Below, piece by piece: positions 29,907-39,877 of a stretch of DNA of 39,949 nucleotides. A program made the translations under genes and the position numbers. Location of the stretch: assembly GCA_031372565.1 (NCBI GenBank), contig JANMLN010000189.1, positions 1 through 39,949 of the forward strand. Reading direction: 5' to 3'. Position 1 is the stretch's first letter, and the number at the start of each line of letters is the position of its first letter. The notes under the pieces are model-generated. The model made no database searches and was not told the origin of the DNA. It saw only the letters and a list, made by a program, of their open reading frames with translations. The stretch comes from Gemmatimonadota bacterium. Lineage in GTDB: Bacteria > Gemmatimonadota > Gemmatimonadetes > Gemmatimonadales > Gemmatimonadaceae.

Positions 29907-31223
29907 TTACCGATAGATCGGCCGCACGCGCCCGTCGCGCCCAACGATGCCGCTCGGCTTGATCAGCTGCTCGGACACCCACTGGCCGCCGGCGTGCACG
30001 AGACCCGAGGCTTCTGGCGGCGCATACATGAGCGGCGCGGGGCAGGCCTGTCCAACAGCGGTGTACGTGTCCGCCGCCGTGAAGCTCACCGTGTATCCCA
30101 AGTCACCCATCGACCCGATGGTCACCGCGGAGAGGGGATTGCGCTGCCCCGATGGCGCCGAAATGAAGCCGGTCATCAGCTCGATGCCAAATCCGACACC
30201 GGCCGACGTCGACGCCTCGCGCCAGTGACCGTTGATCGTTCCGCCGCCTCCACAAAACTCGACGGGAACCTCCGCGCTCCCGGTCGCGGCCCCTGCGAGC
30301 ACATAGCGCCCTGCGGCAGCCGCGCCCACGAACTTCGGGTCGCCGGTCGGCGCCGGTGTCTGCAGCAACGTCCGCATGCCGGTGACCCCGGTGATCGGCT
30401 CCCACAAGGTGCCGAAGCCGAGGACATGACCCATCTCGTGAAGGACCACGTCCTCGCGCGCCGTCGCGGAGAGGTTGTTGATCAGGTACTCGGAGTTGAG
30501 CTTGAGCGCGCCGACCACGGTGAGTCCGCCCGCATCGCGAATCCAGCACGGTCCCGCCTGCCCGAGGGTGATCAACCCGGGCGTGCTCGACGGAATCGGG
30601 GCCAACTCCACGTAGATCACCAACGACTTCACGGTGCGCTGCATGGCGGGAATGACCAGTCCCGCACAGTCGTAACTGGTCTCGTTGAGCGGCTGGTTTG
30701 GCACCGGGCCCGTGATGATGCTGGCCCAACGCGCCGCCGCGTTCTCGGTGGCCGTTCGCAGTAACGGATCCGGCGCCGAGGTATACACGAGCTCGATACA
30801 GAACGCGCCGCTGCCGGCCAGACTGCTGGTGAACACGATCGGCGCGAGGGTGCCCACCGTGGCGGTCACCGATTGCGCTCCCGTGGTACCGAGCGTCCAC
30901 GAGACGCCCGCCTGACCCAGGTTGTTCGTCGTTCGCGTCGGGGATGAGATCGTCCCGCCGCCGACAACCGAGAAGGAGACCGTTTGCCCAGCGAGGGGCG
31001 CCCCGGTCGCGCTTCGCACCACGACGGTTGGCGTGTCGGGCACGATGCCCGCAGCGCATCCCGCCGTCTGTAACCGCCCACCGATCGAGGCGATCGTCGT
31101 CGGGACGACGACCACACCGGTGCCACCGGTGTTTCCGCTTCCACCGCCGCTCCCGCACGCGCCCGCCAGCACGGCACAGGCGAGGACGAGCACGGAGACG
31201 GAACGCTGCGTGAACGACGTCAT
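29907..31223 (-). CDS. Lipoprotein with Ig-like domain and leishmanolysin-like (M8) zinc metallopeptidase, paralog B
   Basis: Lipobox LAGAC; Big_1-like segment (TTNNLGQAGVSWTLG); HEMGHVLGFG, GHWRE and Met-turn ELMTG. Confidence 0.85.
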   Translation of the reverse strand: MTSFTQRSVSVLVLACAVLAGACGSGGGSGNTGGTGVVVVPTTIASIGGRLQTAGCAAGIVPDTPTVVVRSATGAPLAGQTVSFSVVGGGTISSPTRTTNNLGQAGVSWTLGTTGAQSVTATVGTLAPIVFTSSLAGSGAFCIELVYTSAPDPLLRTATENAAARWASIITGPVPNQPLNETSYDCAGLVIPAMQRTVKSLVIYVELAPIPSSTPGLITLGQAGPCWIRDAGGLTVVGALKLNSEYLINNLSATAREDVVLHEMGHVLGFGTLWEPITGVTGMRTLLQTPAPTGDPKFVGAAAAGRYVLAGAATGSAEVPVEFCGGGGTINGHWREASTSAGVGFGIELMTGFISAPSGQRNPLSAVTIGSMGDLGYTVSFTAADTYTAVGQACPAPLMYAPPEASGLVHAGGQWVSEQLIKPSGIVGRDGRVRPIYR

Positions 31224-31226
31224 GGG

Positions 31227-32537
31227 TTACTTCCGGAAAATGGGTTCGACGCGACCACCGCGCACCATGTGCGTGGGTGTGGCCAGTTCCTCCGACACCA
31301 CGTCGGTGCCGACCACCACGCTGCCCGGCGCGAAGAGCAGCGGCGCGGGACAGGTCTGGCTATTCAACGTATAGGGATCTGCCTGGGTCGAATCCACGAC
31401 ATACCCCATATCCTTGAGCGAGGCGATCGTGAGTTTGGAGAGCGGATTCCGCTGCCCGACCGGCGCCGAGATAAAGCCCGTCATCAGTTCGGTACCGAAG
31501 CCACCACCGGAGCCCACCGCATCCTCGCGCCAGTGGCCATTGAGTGTGCCGCCACCGCCGCAGTTCTCCACCGGAACCGACGTCGGGCTACCCGTGGCCC
31601 CCAGCGCCAGGTACTGTGCCAGCGCCGAAGCGCCCGTGAAGACGGGATTTCCCGTGCGGGACGTCGAGGTCGCTCCGGAGAGCAGCACGGGCAGCGCCGG
31701 AATGCCGGGGATACCGGTCCAGTTGGTGCCAAAGCCCAGCGTGTGGCCCATCTCGTGGAGGACCACGTCGGTCCGCTGGTTCACACCCAGATTGTTGAGC
31801 AGATAGTCCGAGTTCAGGCGCATGCCGCCCACGACGGGCAATCCATTCGACGTTCGCACCAGACAGGGTCCCGCCGAGCCGAGCGTCACGAGTCCCGGCG
31901 TGGGCGAGACGATGGGGGCGAGCTGCATGAAGATGAGAAGGCTGCTGATCGACCGGTTCACGAGGCTCAGTCCCGTGATGTTGGCGCAGGTCAGGTTGGT
32001 CTGCGTGATCAGTTCGGTCGACAGCGAGCCGGTCACGATGCGGGACCAGCGCCGAGCCGCGCTGTCCACGGCCACCCGGAGCAGGGGATCTGGCGTAGCC
32101 GTGTAGATCAACTCGATGCAGAAGGGGCCGGACCCGGTACCGGTCGCCGAGAACGTGACCGGAGTGAGCGTCCCCGTACTCGCGCTCACAGTCTGCGTTC
32201 CGCCGGCACCCAGCGTCCAGGCGACACCGGCACGACCCTGCGCGTCGGTCGTGCGCGTCGTGGCGCTCAGGCCACCGCCGCCGGTCAGCACGGCGAAGTT
32301 GACGGTCGCCCCCGCTACAACCGCCCCACTCGAATCCCTGAGCACAACGACCGGTGTGTCCGGGACGATCCGGGAGAAACAGCCCGCGGTCACTTCGCTC
32401 GCGCGGGCGGTGAGCACGGTTCCCACGAGAGCCGAGGGCGGGGTTGGCGACGTACCGCTGTTGGACGAGCTGCAGCCGGTTGCCGCTGCCACGATCGGGA
32501 TTGCCCACAGGCAGAGCAACGAAGCAGAACGGGTCAC
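31227..32537 (-). CDS. Lipoprotein with Ig-like domain and leishmanolysin-like (M8) zinc metallopeptidase, paralog A
   Basis: GTG 32537 with GGAG SD; lipobox ATGC; TTDAQGRAGVAWTLG; HEMGHTLGFG, GHWRE and ELMTG. Confidence 0.85.
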   Translation of the reverse strand: MTRSASLLCLWAIPIVAAATGCSSSNSGTSPTPPSALVGTVLTARASEVTAGCFSRIVPDTPVVVLRDSSGAVVAGATVNFAVLTGGGGLSATTRTTDAQGRAGVAWTLGAGGTQTVSASTGTLTPVTFSATGTGSGPFCIELIYTATPDPLLRVAVDSAARRWSRIVTGSLSTELITQTNLTCANITGLSLVNRSISSLLIFMQLAPIVSPTPGLVTLGSAGPCLVRTSNGLPVVGGMRLNSDYLLNNLGVNQRTDVVLHEMGHTLGFGTNWTGIPGIPALPVLLSGATSTSRTGNPVFTGASALAQYLALGATGSPTSVPVENCGGGGTLNGHWREDAVGSGGGFGTELMTGFISAPVGQRNPLSKLTIASLKDMGYVVDSTQADPYTLNSQTCPAPLLFAPGSVVVGTDVVSEELATPTHMVRGGRVEPIFRK

Positions 32538-32745
32538 GGAGGCTCCACACGGGGATTTGGGCCCGGTCCGGGACTCCGGGTCAGGCAGGGCTACCCCGCC
32601 CGATGGCGAAGGAGCCCTCCATGGCAAATCTCACCCGAGTGCACGGACCGACAAGAGGTGTACGTCACAGTTCGTTCGGTCGTCAAGCGCACCGCACTCC
32701 TGTCATATCGGCGCTTGCGCGCCGCGTGTGAAGCGCCGCCGGCGC

Positions 32746-35424
32746 CTAGTGCATCCCGCTGGCGATCGCGGCGTGCGCCGCCGCCAGACGAGCGATTGGC
32801 ACGCGGAAGGGGGAGCAGGACACGTAATCGAGCCCCATGGCGTGACAAAGCGCGATCGACCTGGGTTCGCCCCCGTGCTCCCCGCAGATCCCCGTCTTGA
32901 GCGACGGACGCGAACGCCGACCATCGCGGACGGCGATCGAGATGAGCTTGCCGACGCCATCCGCGTCCAGCACCTGAAACGGGTCGGCCGGCAAGATCCC
33001 CTTGGCGACGTAATCCGGGAGGAAGCGGCCTGCGTCGTCGCGCGAGAGGCCGAAGGTCGTCTGCGTCAGGTCGTTGGTGCCGAACGAGAAGAACTCGGCC
33101 GACTCCGCGATCCGGTCGGCGGTGAGCGCCGCGCGCGGCAACTCGATCATCGTCCCCACGAGATACGGTACCGCCTCGCCCATGCCGCCCAGTACCTGCT
33201 CGGCCACGCCATCGATGATGTAGCGCTGATGGCGCAGCTCCTCGACCGTGGCGACGAGTGGCACCATGATCTCCGGGCGCACGTCGATGCCGCGCCGCTT
33301 GGCCTTGACCGCCGCCTCGAAGATCGCGCGCGCCTGCATCTCGGTGATCTCGGGATAACTGATGCCCAACCGGCAACCGCGGTGCCCCAACATCGGGTTG
33401 GTCTCGCGCAACCCTTCGACGATGCGCTGCAGGTCCGCGCGCGGCATCCCCAGCGACCGGGCGAGATGCTTGGCGTCCTCGCCGCCATGCGGCAGAAACT
33501 CGTGCAGCGGTGGGTCGAGCAGGCGGATGGTCACGGGATACCCGTCCATCGCCTCGAAGATGCCGTCGAAATCGAGCCGCTGCATCGGCAGCAACTTGGC
33601 CAGGGCACGGCGACGCCCCGCTTCATCCCGCGCGACGATCATCTCGCGCATCGCCGTGATGCGCTCCCCCTCGAAGAACATGTGCTCCGTGCGGCAGAGC
33701 CCGATCCCTTCGGCCCCGAACCCGCGCGCGATGCGCGCATCACGCGGCGTATCCGCGTTCGCGCGCACCTTGAGCGTGCGGAACTCGTCGGCCCACCCCA
33801 GCACCTGGGAGAACGAGCGATAGACCGGCGCCTTGGAGAGCGGCATCGTCCCGGAGATCACGCGCACCACTTCGCTCGGTACCGTGGGCAGGTCGCCGGG
33901 GAAGACGCGGCCCGTGGCCCCGTCGATCGTGATCCACTCGCCCTCGGTCACGGTGACGCCGTGCGCGGTGAAGCGACGGTGCGCCGTGTCAACCTCGACG
34001 TCCTTGGCGCCGACGATCGCACACTTGCCCATGCCGCGGCAGACGACGGCCGCGTGACTCGTCATGCCGCCGCGGCTCGTGAGCACGCCACGCGCGGCCA
34101 CGATGCCATGGAAGTCCTCCGGAGTGGTTTCCTCGCGCACGAGGATCACCGCTTCGCCGGCCGCCGCCCGCGTTTCGGCCACGTCCGGATCGAACACGAC
34201 GATACCCGCCGCAGCCCCCGGGCTGGCCGGGAGGCCCGTCGCGAGCGGGTCTGCGCGTACCGCGGCGTCGATCACCGGGTGCAGCAGCTGGTCCAGCTGC
34301 TCCGGCATCACCCGCAGCACGGCTTCCTTCTTCGAGATCAGCTTCTCGTGCACCATGTCGTCGGCCACGCGCACGGCGGCGGCCGCCGTGCGCTTGCCCG
34401 TGCGCGTCTGCAGCAGGTAGAGCGTGGAATCCTCGACGGTGAACTCGAGATCCTGCATGTCGCGGAAGTGCGACTCGAGCTTGCGCTCGGTCATCAGCAG
34501 CGCGTCGTAGGCCGAGGGCAGCGCCTTGGCCATCTCGTCAATCGGCAACGGCGTGCGAATGCCGGCCACGACATCCTCGCCCTGCGCGTTGACGAGGAAC
34601 TCGCCGTAGAAGTGGTGGTCCCCCGTCGACGGATTGCGCGTGAACGCGACCCCCGTTCCGGAGGTGTCGCCCAGGTTGCCGAACACCATCGCCTGCACGT
34701 TGACCGCCGTGCCGAGCTTCTCGGAGATGTGGTTCACGCGACGATAGTCGACGGCCTTCTTCAGCGTCCACGAGTGCCAGACCGCTTCGATGGCGCCCCA
34801 CATCTGGAGCCGCGGATCCATCGGGAACTCCGCGCCCGTCGCCGATCGGATCAACTTCTTGTACTCCTCGACCAGCGTGCGCAGCGCCGACTCCGGCAGC
34901 TCGGCGTCGGTCTGCACCCCTTCGGTGAGGCGCTTCGCTTTCAGCAGGTGCTCGAAGTCGCTGAACGGGACCCCCAGCACCACGTCGCCGTACATCTGCA
35001 GGAAGCGACGATAGGAATCGTAGGCGAAGCGACCGCTGCCGCTCGCACGGGCGAGTCCCTCGACGGTCGTGTCGTTGAGGCCGAGGTTGAGGATGGTCTC
35101 CATCATCCCGGGCATGCTGACCGGCCCGCCGGAACGCACCGAGACGAGCAGCGGTGCCGCGGGATCGCCGAACCGCTTCTTCGTGGCCTCTTCGAGGCGC
35201 GCGACATTCGCCGCCACCTCGGCTTCCAGCCCCTCCAGACGGTTGCGCTGATCAAGCCAGATGACGCTCACATCGCACGCGATGGTGAAGCCGGGCGGAA
35301 CCGGAACGCCCAGATTCGTCATCTCGGCCAGGTTGGCGCCCTTGCCGCCGAGCACCGCCTTCATGTCGCGGTCGCCGTCGGCCTGACCATTCCCGAAGAA
35401 ATAGACGCGTTGCGTCACGGACAC
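32746..35424 (-). CDS. ppdK: Pyruvate, phosphate dikinase
   Basis: LGGKGANLAEM, SVRSG, MPGMMET, NAQGEDVVAG, GGMTSHAAVV (phospho-His), GIGLCRTEHM, FSFGTNDLTQ and CGEHGG motifs. Confidence 0.98.
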   Translation of the reverse strand: MSVTQRVYFFGNGQADGDRDMKAVLGGKGANLAEMTNLGVPVPPGFTIACDVSVIWLDQRNRLEGLEAEVAANVARLEEATKKRFGDPAAPLLVSVRSGGPVSMPGMMETILNLGLNDTTVEGLARASGSGRFAYDSYRRFLQMYGDVVLGVPFSDFEHLLKAKRLTEGVQTDAELPESALRTLVEEYKKLIRSATGAEFPMDPRLQMWGAIEAVWHSWTLKKAVDYRRVNHISEKLGTAVNVQAMVFGNLGDTSGTGVAFTRNPSTGDHHFYGEFLVNAQGEDVVAGIRTPLPIDEMAKALPSAYDALLMTERKLESHFRDMQDLEFTVEDSTLYLLQTRTGKRTAAAAVRVADDMVHEKLISKKEAVLRVMPEQLDQLLHPVIDAAVRADPLATGLPASPGAAAGIVVFDPDVAETRAAAGEAVILVREETTPEDFHGIVAARGVLTSRGGMTSHAAVVCRGMGKCAIVGAKDVEVDTAHRRFTAHGVTVTEGEWITIDGATGRVFPGDLPTVPSEVVRVISGTMPLSKAPVYRSFSQVLGWADEFRTLKVRANADTPRDARIARGFGAEGIGLCRTEHMFFEGERITAMREMIVARDEAGRRRALAKLLPMQRLDFDGIFEAMDGYPVTIRLLDPPLHEFLPHGGEDAKHLARSLGMPRADLQRIVEGLRETNPMLGHRGCRLGISYPEITEMQARAIFEAAVKAKRRGIDVRPEIMVPLVATVEELRHQRYIIDGVAEQVLGGMGEAVPYLVGTMIELPRAALTADRIAESAEFFSFGTNDLTQTTFGLSRDDAGRFLPDYVAKGILPADPFQVLDADGVGKLISIAVRDGRRSRPSLKTGICGEHGGEPRSIALCHAMGLDYVSCSPFRVPIARLAAAHAAIASGMH

Positions 35425-35426
35425 CT

Positions 35427-36791
35427 CTAGTGGCGCACGGCGCCCGCCGGCGCCGCGGTGGGGTATTTGCCGGAGAAGCAGGCGTCGCAGAAACCGCCTG
35501 GGCCATCGGGCATGGAGCCGAGCATCCCGTCGAGCGAGAGATAGCCAAGCGTATCCACGCCGAGCAAGCGCGCAATCTCCGCCACGTCGTTGGACGCCGC
35601 AATGAGTTCAGACTTCTGTGGCGTGTCGATGCCGTACCAGCAGGGTCCGGTAATCGGCGCCGATGACACGCGCATGTGCACCTGCTTGGCGCCGGCCGCC
35701 CGCACCATGGCCACAAGGCCACGCGTGGTCGTCCCGCGCACGATCGAGTCGTCGACCATCACGACGGTCTTGCCATCGAGCAAGTCTCGCACGGCATTGT
35801 ACTTGACCTTCACCTTGGCGTCGCGTCCTGCCTGCGTCGGCTGAATGAAGGTGCGTCCGACGTAATGGTTGCGGATGAGGGCGAACTCGAACGGGATCCC
35901 CGCCACTTCAGCGAAGCCCAGCGCGGCCGCGTTCGACGAGTCCGGTACGGCGAAGACGAAGTCGGCACCGGGCGCGGGCTGCTCGAGTGCGAGCCGTCGG
36001 CCGAGTGCGCGGCGCGCCCGATCGACCGAGCCGCCGAAGATCTGGCTGTCGGGCCGCGCGAAATACACGTGCTCGAAGACGCAGCGCGACAGCGGCTTGG
36101 CCTCGAACGGAAAGATCGAGTGCAGTCCGTCGTTGTCGATGCGCACCACTTCGCCCGGCTCGATGTCGCGCACCTTGGTGGCGCCGACGATGTCGAGCGC
36201 ACAACTCTCGCTCGCCGCCACCCATGCATCCCCCAACTTGCCGATGGCCAGCGGACGCCAGCCGCGAGGGTCGCGCGCCACGACCATGGCATCACCCATC
36301 GTGACGACGAGGCAGTAGGCCCCCTCGACGCCCTGCAGCGCGTCCGCCATGCGCGCTTCGGGGGTGAGCGCACGCGAGCGCGCCAGCCGGTGCAGCAGCA
36401 CCTCGGAGTCCATCGTCGAACTGAAGATCGCGCCCTGCGACTCGAGATCGCCGCGAAGCTCCACCGCATTGATCAGGTTGCCGTTGTGCGCCAGCGACAT
36501 GGTCTGGCCGCGCGTGCGCGCCAGGATCGGCTGGGCGTTGTCGATGGTGGAGCTGCCGGCCGTGGAGTAGCGGGTGTGCCCGATCGCCAGACTGCCGGGC
36601 AGATGCGTCATCTGGTCGGCACGCAGCCCCTCCGACACGAGCCCCATGGCGCGCTCGAGATGGGCGTCGCCCTTGGCGTCGACCGACAGGATGCCTGACG
36701 ACTCCTGCCCGCGATGCTGCAGCGAGTACAGGCCCAGCTGCGTCATCGCAGCGGCGTCAGGATGACCGCGAATACCGAAGATGCCACACAT
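35427..36791 (-). CDS. purF: Amidophosphoribosyltransferase (Fe-S, B. subtilis type)
   Basis: N-terminal MCG, QHRGQE, GHTRYST, HNGN and VDDSIVRGTT; cluster Cys in CVFE, PCWYG and FCDAC. Confidence 0.97.
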   Translation of the reverse strand: MCGIFGIRGHPDAAAMTQLGLYSLQHRGQESSGILSVDAKGDAHLERAMGLVSEGLRADQMTHLPGSLAIGHTRYSTAGSSTIDNAQPILARTRGQTMSLAHNGNLINAVELRGDLESQGAIFSSTMDSEVLLHRLARSRALTPEARMADALQGVEGAYCLVVTMGDAMVVARDPRGWRPLAIGKLGDAWVAASESCALDIVGATKVRDIEPGEVVRIDNDGLHSIFPFEAKPLSRCVFEHVYFARPDSQIFGGSVDRARRALGRRLALEQPAPGADFVFAVPDSSNAAALGFAEVAGIPFEFALIRNHYVGRTFIQPTQAGRDAKVKVKYNAVRDLLDGKTVVMVDDSIVRGTTTRGLVAMVRAAGAKQVHMRVSSAPITGPCWYGIDTPQKSELIAASNDVAEIARLLGVDTLGYLSLDGMLGSMPDGPGGFCDACFSGKYPTAAPAGAVRH

Positions 36792-36794
36792 CGT

Positions 36795-39083
36795 CTATGC
36801 CGACTCCGGCGTCGCGGCGGGGAGAGCCGCGGCGCCCATGATCGAGGGAATGGTGTCGTGGAACGCGGCCGCGAGGCCGTCCAGCGGTGCGGCGTGACGG
36901 CCGTCGCCGAGCGTGAACGTTAGTGGATCGGAGGCGCTGCCCACGGTGCCGATTCGATGGGCACGCACCCCCCGCGCCTGCGCGGCCGCCATCACGCGGG
37001 CCGGATCGGGCGTTGACACGACGATGCGCCCCTGCGCTTCGCCGAAGAGCAGGGCGCGCCGGGGCAGGGCACTCCACGCCGCGAGGTCCACGGTTGCACC
37101 CAGCATCGCGTCGCGATTGACGATGCAACATTCGGCGATGGCGACCGCCAAACCGCCGTCGGCGCAGTCGTGCGCCGACCGGACCGCCCCCGCCTGGATG
37201 GCGTCAAGCAGCGCGTCGATGAGCGCCCGCTCGCCTGCGACGTCACACGCCGGCGGCGCCCCCGCGACCACGCCATGCACGGTGAGCAGATATTCGCTCC
37301 CCCCCAACTCGGCCGTGTTCTCGCCCAGCAGGAGGATCGCGTCGCCGGCCTGTTGGAACGCCGACGGCGTCGAGTGCGAGGGATGGTCCACGATCCCCAC
37401 CATGCCGATCGTTGGGGTGGGATAGACCGCCCCGTTCGGACTCTCGTTGTAGAGCGAGACATTCCCTCCGGTGACCGGCGTCTCGAGCGCACGACAGGCC
37501 TCCGCCATGCCGGCCAAGGCCTCGCGGAACTGGAAGAAGACCTCGGGGCGCTTCGGGTTTCCGAAGTTGAGACAGTTGGTGATGGCGCGGGGACGCCCGC
37601 CCGAACAGGCCACATTGCGCGCGGCTTCCGCCACGGCGATGCGACCGCCGACGCGCGGATCGAGGTACACATACCGCCCGTTGCAGTCGGTCGAGAGTGC
37701 CACGGACTTGTCGCTCCCCGGGAGCCGCACCACGGCGGCATCGCCTCCGGGGCCCTGCATGGTGGATGCGCGCACTGTCGAGTCGTACTGGCGATACGCC
37801 CACCGCTTCGACGCGATCGTCGGCGCGGCGAGCAACGTGCGAAGCGTCCAGAGTGGATCGGCTTCCTCGCGCCGCTCGGCGATGGCGTGCACATCGCGTG
37901 CGCGCCGCGCGACCGCCTCCGGCGACTCGGCCGCCTGTGGGTGGTACTGCGGGCAATCGGTGACCAGACGCGACCCCGGGAACTCGGCCACGACCGTGCT
38001 GCCCTCGGTCACGCGATAGACCGGCTCGGCAATCACCTCACCGATGACTTCAGCGGCCAGATCCCACTTGGCCAGAATCGCCTTGACCTCCGCTTCGCGC
38101 CCCTTGTGCGCGACGACGAGCATGCGCTCCTGACTCTCCGAGAGCAGGATCTCGTATGGCGTCATGCCCGCTTCACGCAGCGGCATTTTGGTGACGTCGA
38201 TCGTGACGCCCACGTCGCCGCGCGCCGCCATTTCGGCCGAACTCGACGTGAGCCCCGCGGCACCCATATCCTGGATGGCCACGATGTGGCCGCTGCGAAT
38301 AAGCTCGAGTGAGGCTTCAAGCAGCAGCTTTTCCGTGAACGGATCGCCCACCTGCACGCGCGGACGCTTGGCATCGCTCTCGTGCGAGAGGTCCTCGCTG
38401 GCGAACGACGCCCCGTGAATGCCATCGCGCCCCGTGCGCGCGCCCACGGCGATGATCGGGTTGCCGATGCCTTCGGCCTTCGCCGTGATCAGCTCCTCGA
38501 CCTTCATGAGCCCCACGCACATCGCGTTGACCAGCGGGTTGGTCTCGTAGGCGGGATCGAAGACGATCTCGCCGCCGACCGTCGGCACGCCCATGCAGTT
38601 CCCGTAGTCACCGACGCCCTTGACCACGCCGGCAAAGAGGTAGCGCACGCGCGCCGACTCGAGCGACCCGAACCGGAGGGAATTGAGCAGCGCGATTGGC
38701 CGTGCTCCCATCGTGAACACGTCGCGCAGGATGCCTCCCACGCCGGTGGCCGCACCCTGGTACGGCTCCACAGCCGATGGATGGTTGTGCGACTCGATCT
38801 TGAAGGCCACCGCGAGTCCGTCGCCCACGGCAATCACGCCCGCGTTCTCACCCGGTCCCTGCAGCACCCACGGCGCTTCGGTGGGGAGCTGCTTGAGCAG
38901 CGGACGGCTGTGCTTGTAGGAGCAGTGCTCGCTCCAGAGCGCGCTCACCACGCCGAGTTCGGTGAACGTGGGGATGCGGCCGAGCATGGCCACGAGTCGG
39001 TCGTACTCGTCGCTCGTGAGGCCGTGCTCGGCCACCAGGGCCGGGGTGATGACCGGATCGCCCGGGCGGGACACTGCGCTCAT
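36795..39083 (-). CDS. purL: FGAM synthase small-form synthetase subunit PurL
   Basis: [51 protein letters not shown] and GGNVSLYN motifs. Confidence 0.97.
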   Translation of the reverse strand: MSAVSRPGDPVITPALVAEHGLTSDEYDRLVAMLGRIPTFTELGVVSALWSEHCSYKHSRPLLKQLPTEAPWVLQGPGENAGVIAVGDGLAVAFKIESHNHPSAVEPYQGAATGVGGILRDVFTMGARPIALLNSLRFGSLESARVRYLFAGVVKGVGDYGNCMGVPTVGGEIVFDPAYETNPLVNAMCVGLMKVEELITAKAEGIGNPIIAVGARTGRDGIHGASFASEDLSHESDAKRPRVQVGDPFTEKLLLEASLELIRSGHIVAIQDMGAAGLTSSSAEMAARGDVGVTIDVTKMPLREAGMTPYEILLSESQERMLVVAHKGREAEVKAILAKWDLAAEVIGEVIAEPVYRVTEGSTVVAEFPGSRLVTDCPQYHPQAAESPEAVARRARDVHAIAERREEADPLWTLRTLLAAPTIASKRWAYRQYDSTVRASTMQGPGGDAAVVRLPGSDKSVALSTDCNGRYVYLDPRVGGRIAVAEAARNVACSGGRPRAITNCLNFGNPKRPEVFFQFREALAGMAEACRALETPVTGGNVSLYNESPNGAVYPTPTIGMVGIVDHPSHSTPSAFQQAGDAILLLGENTAELGGSEYLLTVHGVVAGAPPACDVAGERALIDALLDAIQAGAVRSAHDCADGGLAVAIAECCIVNRDAMLGATVDLAAWSALPRRALLFGEAQGRIVVSTPDPARVMAAAQARGVRAHRIGTVGSASDPLTFTLGDGRHAAPLDGLAAAFHDTIPSIMGAAALPAATPESA

Positions 39084-39391
39084 GCGGGCGCGGTGCCGAA
39101 CAGGATCTTCACGAAGCGCTCGACCGCACCATCCTTCACGGCCTCGAGCTGTTCGAGTTCGCCGGCGTCCAGCCAGACGCCCTTGCACTCGACGCAGCGG
39201 TCGATCTTCATGTGATGGAACGTCCGTTCGATCAGGGACGCGCCGCACTTCGGGCACTTCATGAAATGGCTGTGCCGCTCGGCGGCAAGGCGCGCTTCGT
39301 CCAGTTCGGCGCGCTTCGCCTTGAGGATCTCGGCGTCCTGACGGACGAAGTATTCGTCCTCGTTGGAACTGGGCTTCTGGTCGTTGCTCAT
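39080..39391 (-). CDS. zf-TFIIB-like zinc-ribbon protein
   Basis: NEDEYF helix, then MKCPKCG...[18 protein letters not shown]; its stop overlaps the purL ATG. Confidence 0.85.
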   Translation of the reverse strand: MSNDQKPSSNEDEYFVRQDAEILKAKRAELDEARLAAERHSHFMKCPKCGASLIERTFHHMKIDRCVECKGVWLDAGELEQLEAVKDGAVERFVKILFGTAPA

Positions 39392-39419
39392 GGTCGTGAA
39401 TGGCGTGGTGGTGGGCGCG

Positions 39420-39782
39420 TCAGGACGGGTTGCCTTCGATCGGCTTCTTCTTGCGGGCCGTGCGTGCGTGCTTGGGCGTCTGGCCGGCCGGGCTGGAACT
39501 GTTGCCCGAGTAGCTGCGTCCCTTGCCGCGGAAGATCGCGTCACTGACCTTGCCGCTCTTGAGTGTCACGATGTCGTGCTGGCCGCACGTGACTTCGCAG
39601 CCGTTGTTGTAGAAGAGATAGGTGAAATCACCAACCGTACGCTCGGCTGCGGGCTTGCCGAGGCGCGCTTCGACCTGTGCCCGGGTGAACCCGGGATCGA
39701 TCGACTGGGCGCTGAGCGCCGCGGGCAGGCAGGCGAGGACGGCGAGGACAGCGGTGAGGAGCAGGGTGCGGACGCGCATCAT
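39420..39782 (-). CDS. Secreted SmpA/BamE-like small protein
   Basis: GGAGG SD before ATGATG (39782/39779); signal peptide ending ALSA; IDPGFTRAQVEARLGKP...YLFY pattern; basic tail. Confidence 0.65.
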   Translation of the reverse strand: MMRVRTLLLTAVLAVLACLPAALSAQSIDPGFTRAQVEARLGKPAAERTVGDFTYLFYNNGCEVTCGQHDIVTLKSGKVSDAIFRGKGRSYSGNSSSPAGQTPKHARTARKKKPIEGNPS

Positions 39783-39793
39783 TCCCTCCGGAA

Positions 39794-39877
39794 TCAGGCG
39801 GCAACGCGAGCGAGCAACGACTCGAAGAACGGAAGTCCGTCGGTGGAACCGAGCGCCAGATCGAGCGCACGCTCGGG
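39794..39877 (-). pseudogene. purQ: 3' remnant of purQ (27 codons plus stop)
   Basis: Reads PERALDLALGSTDGLPFFESLLARVAA*, like the PurQ C-terminus after MMPH, and lies upstream of purL. The same frame upstream is not PurQ-like and contains a TGA. Confidence 0.72.

Noticed and set aside
29815..32745. Genomic island integrated at ssrA carrying the M8 genes
   Set aside because: No integrase and no duplicate of the ssrA 3' end seen; the terminator follows ssrA directly.
32116..35430. 1104-aa plus-strand ORF, and similar long ORFs such as 9391-11958, 21498-24065 and 2781-4421
   Set aside because: Antisense shadows of real genes, expected from high-GC codon bias; no recognisable motifs.
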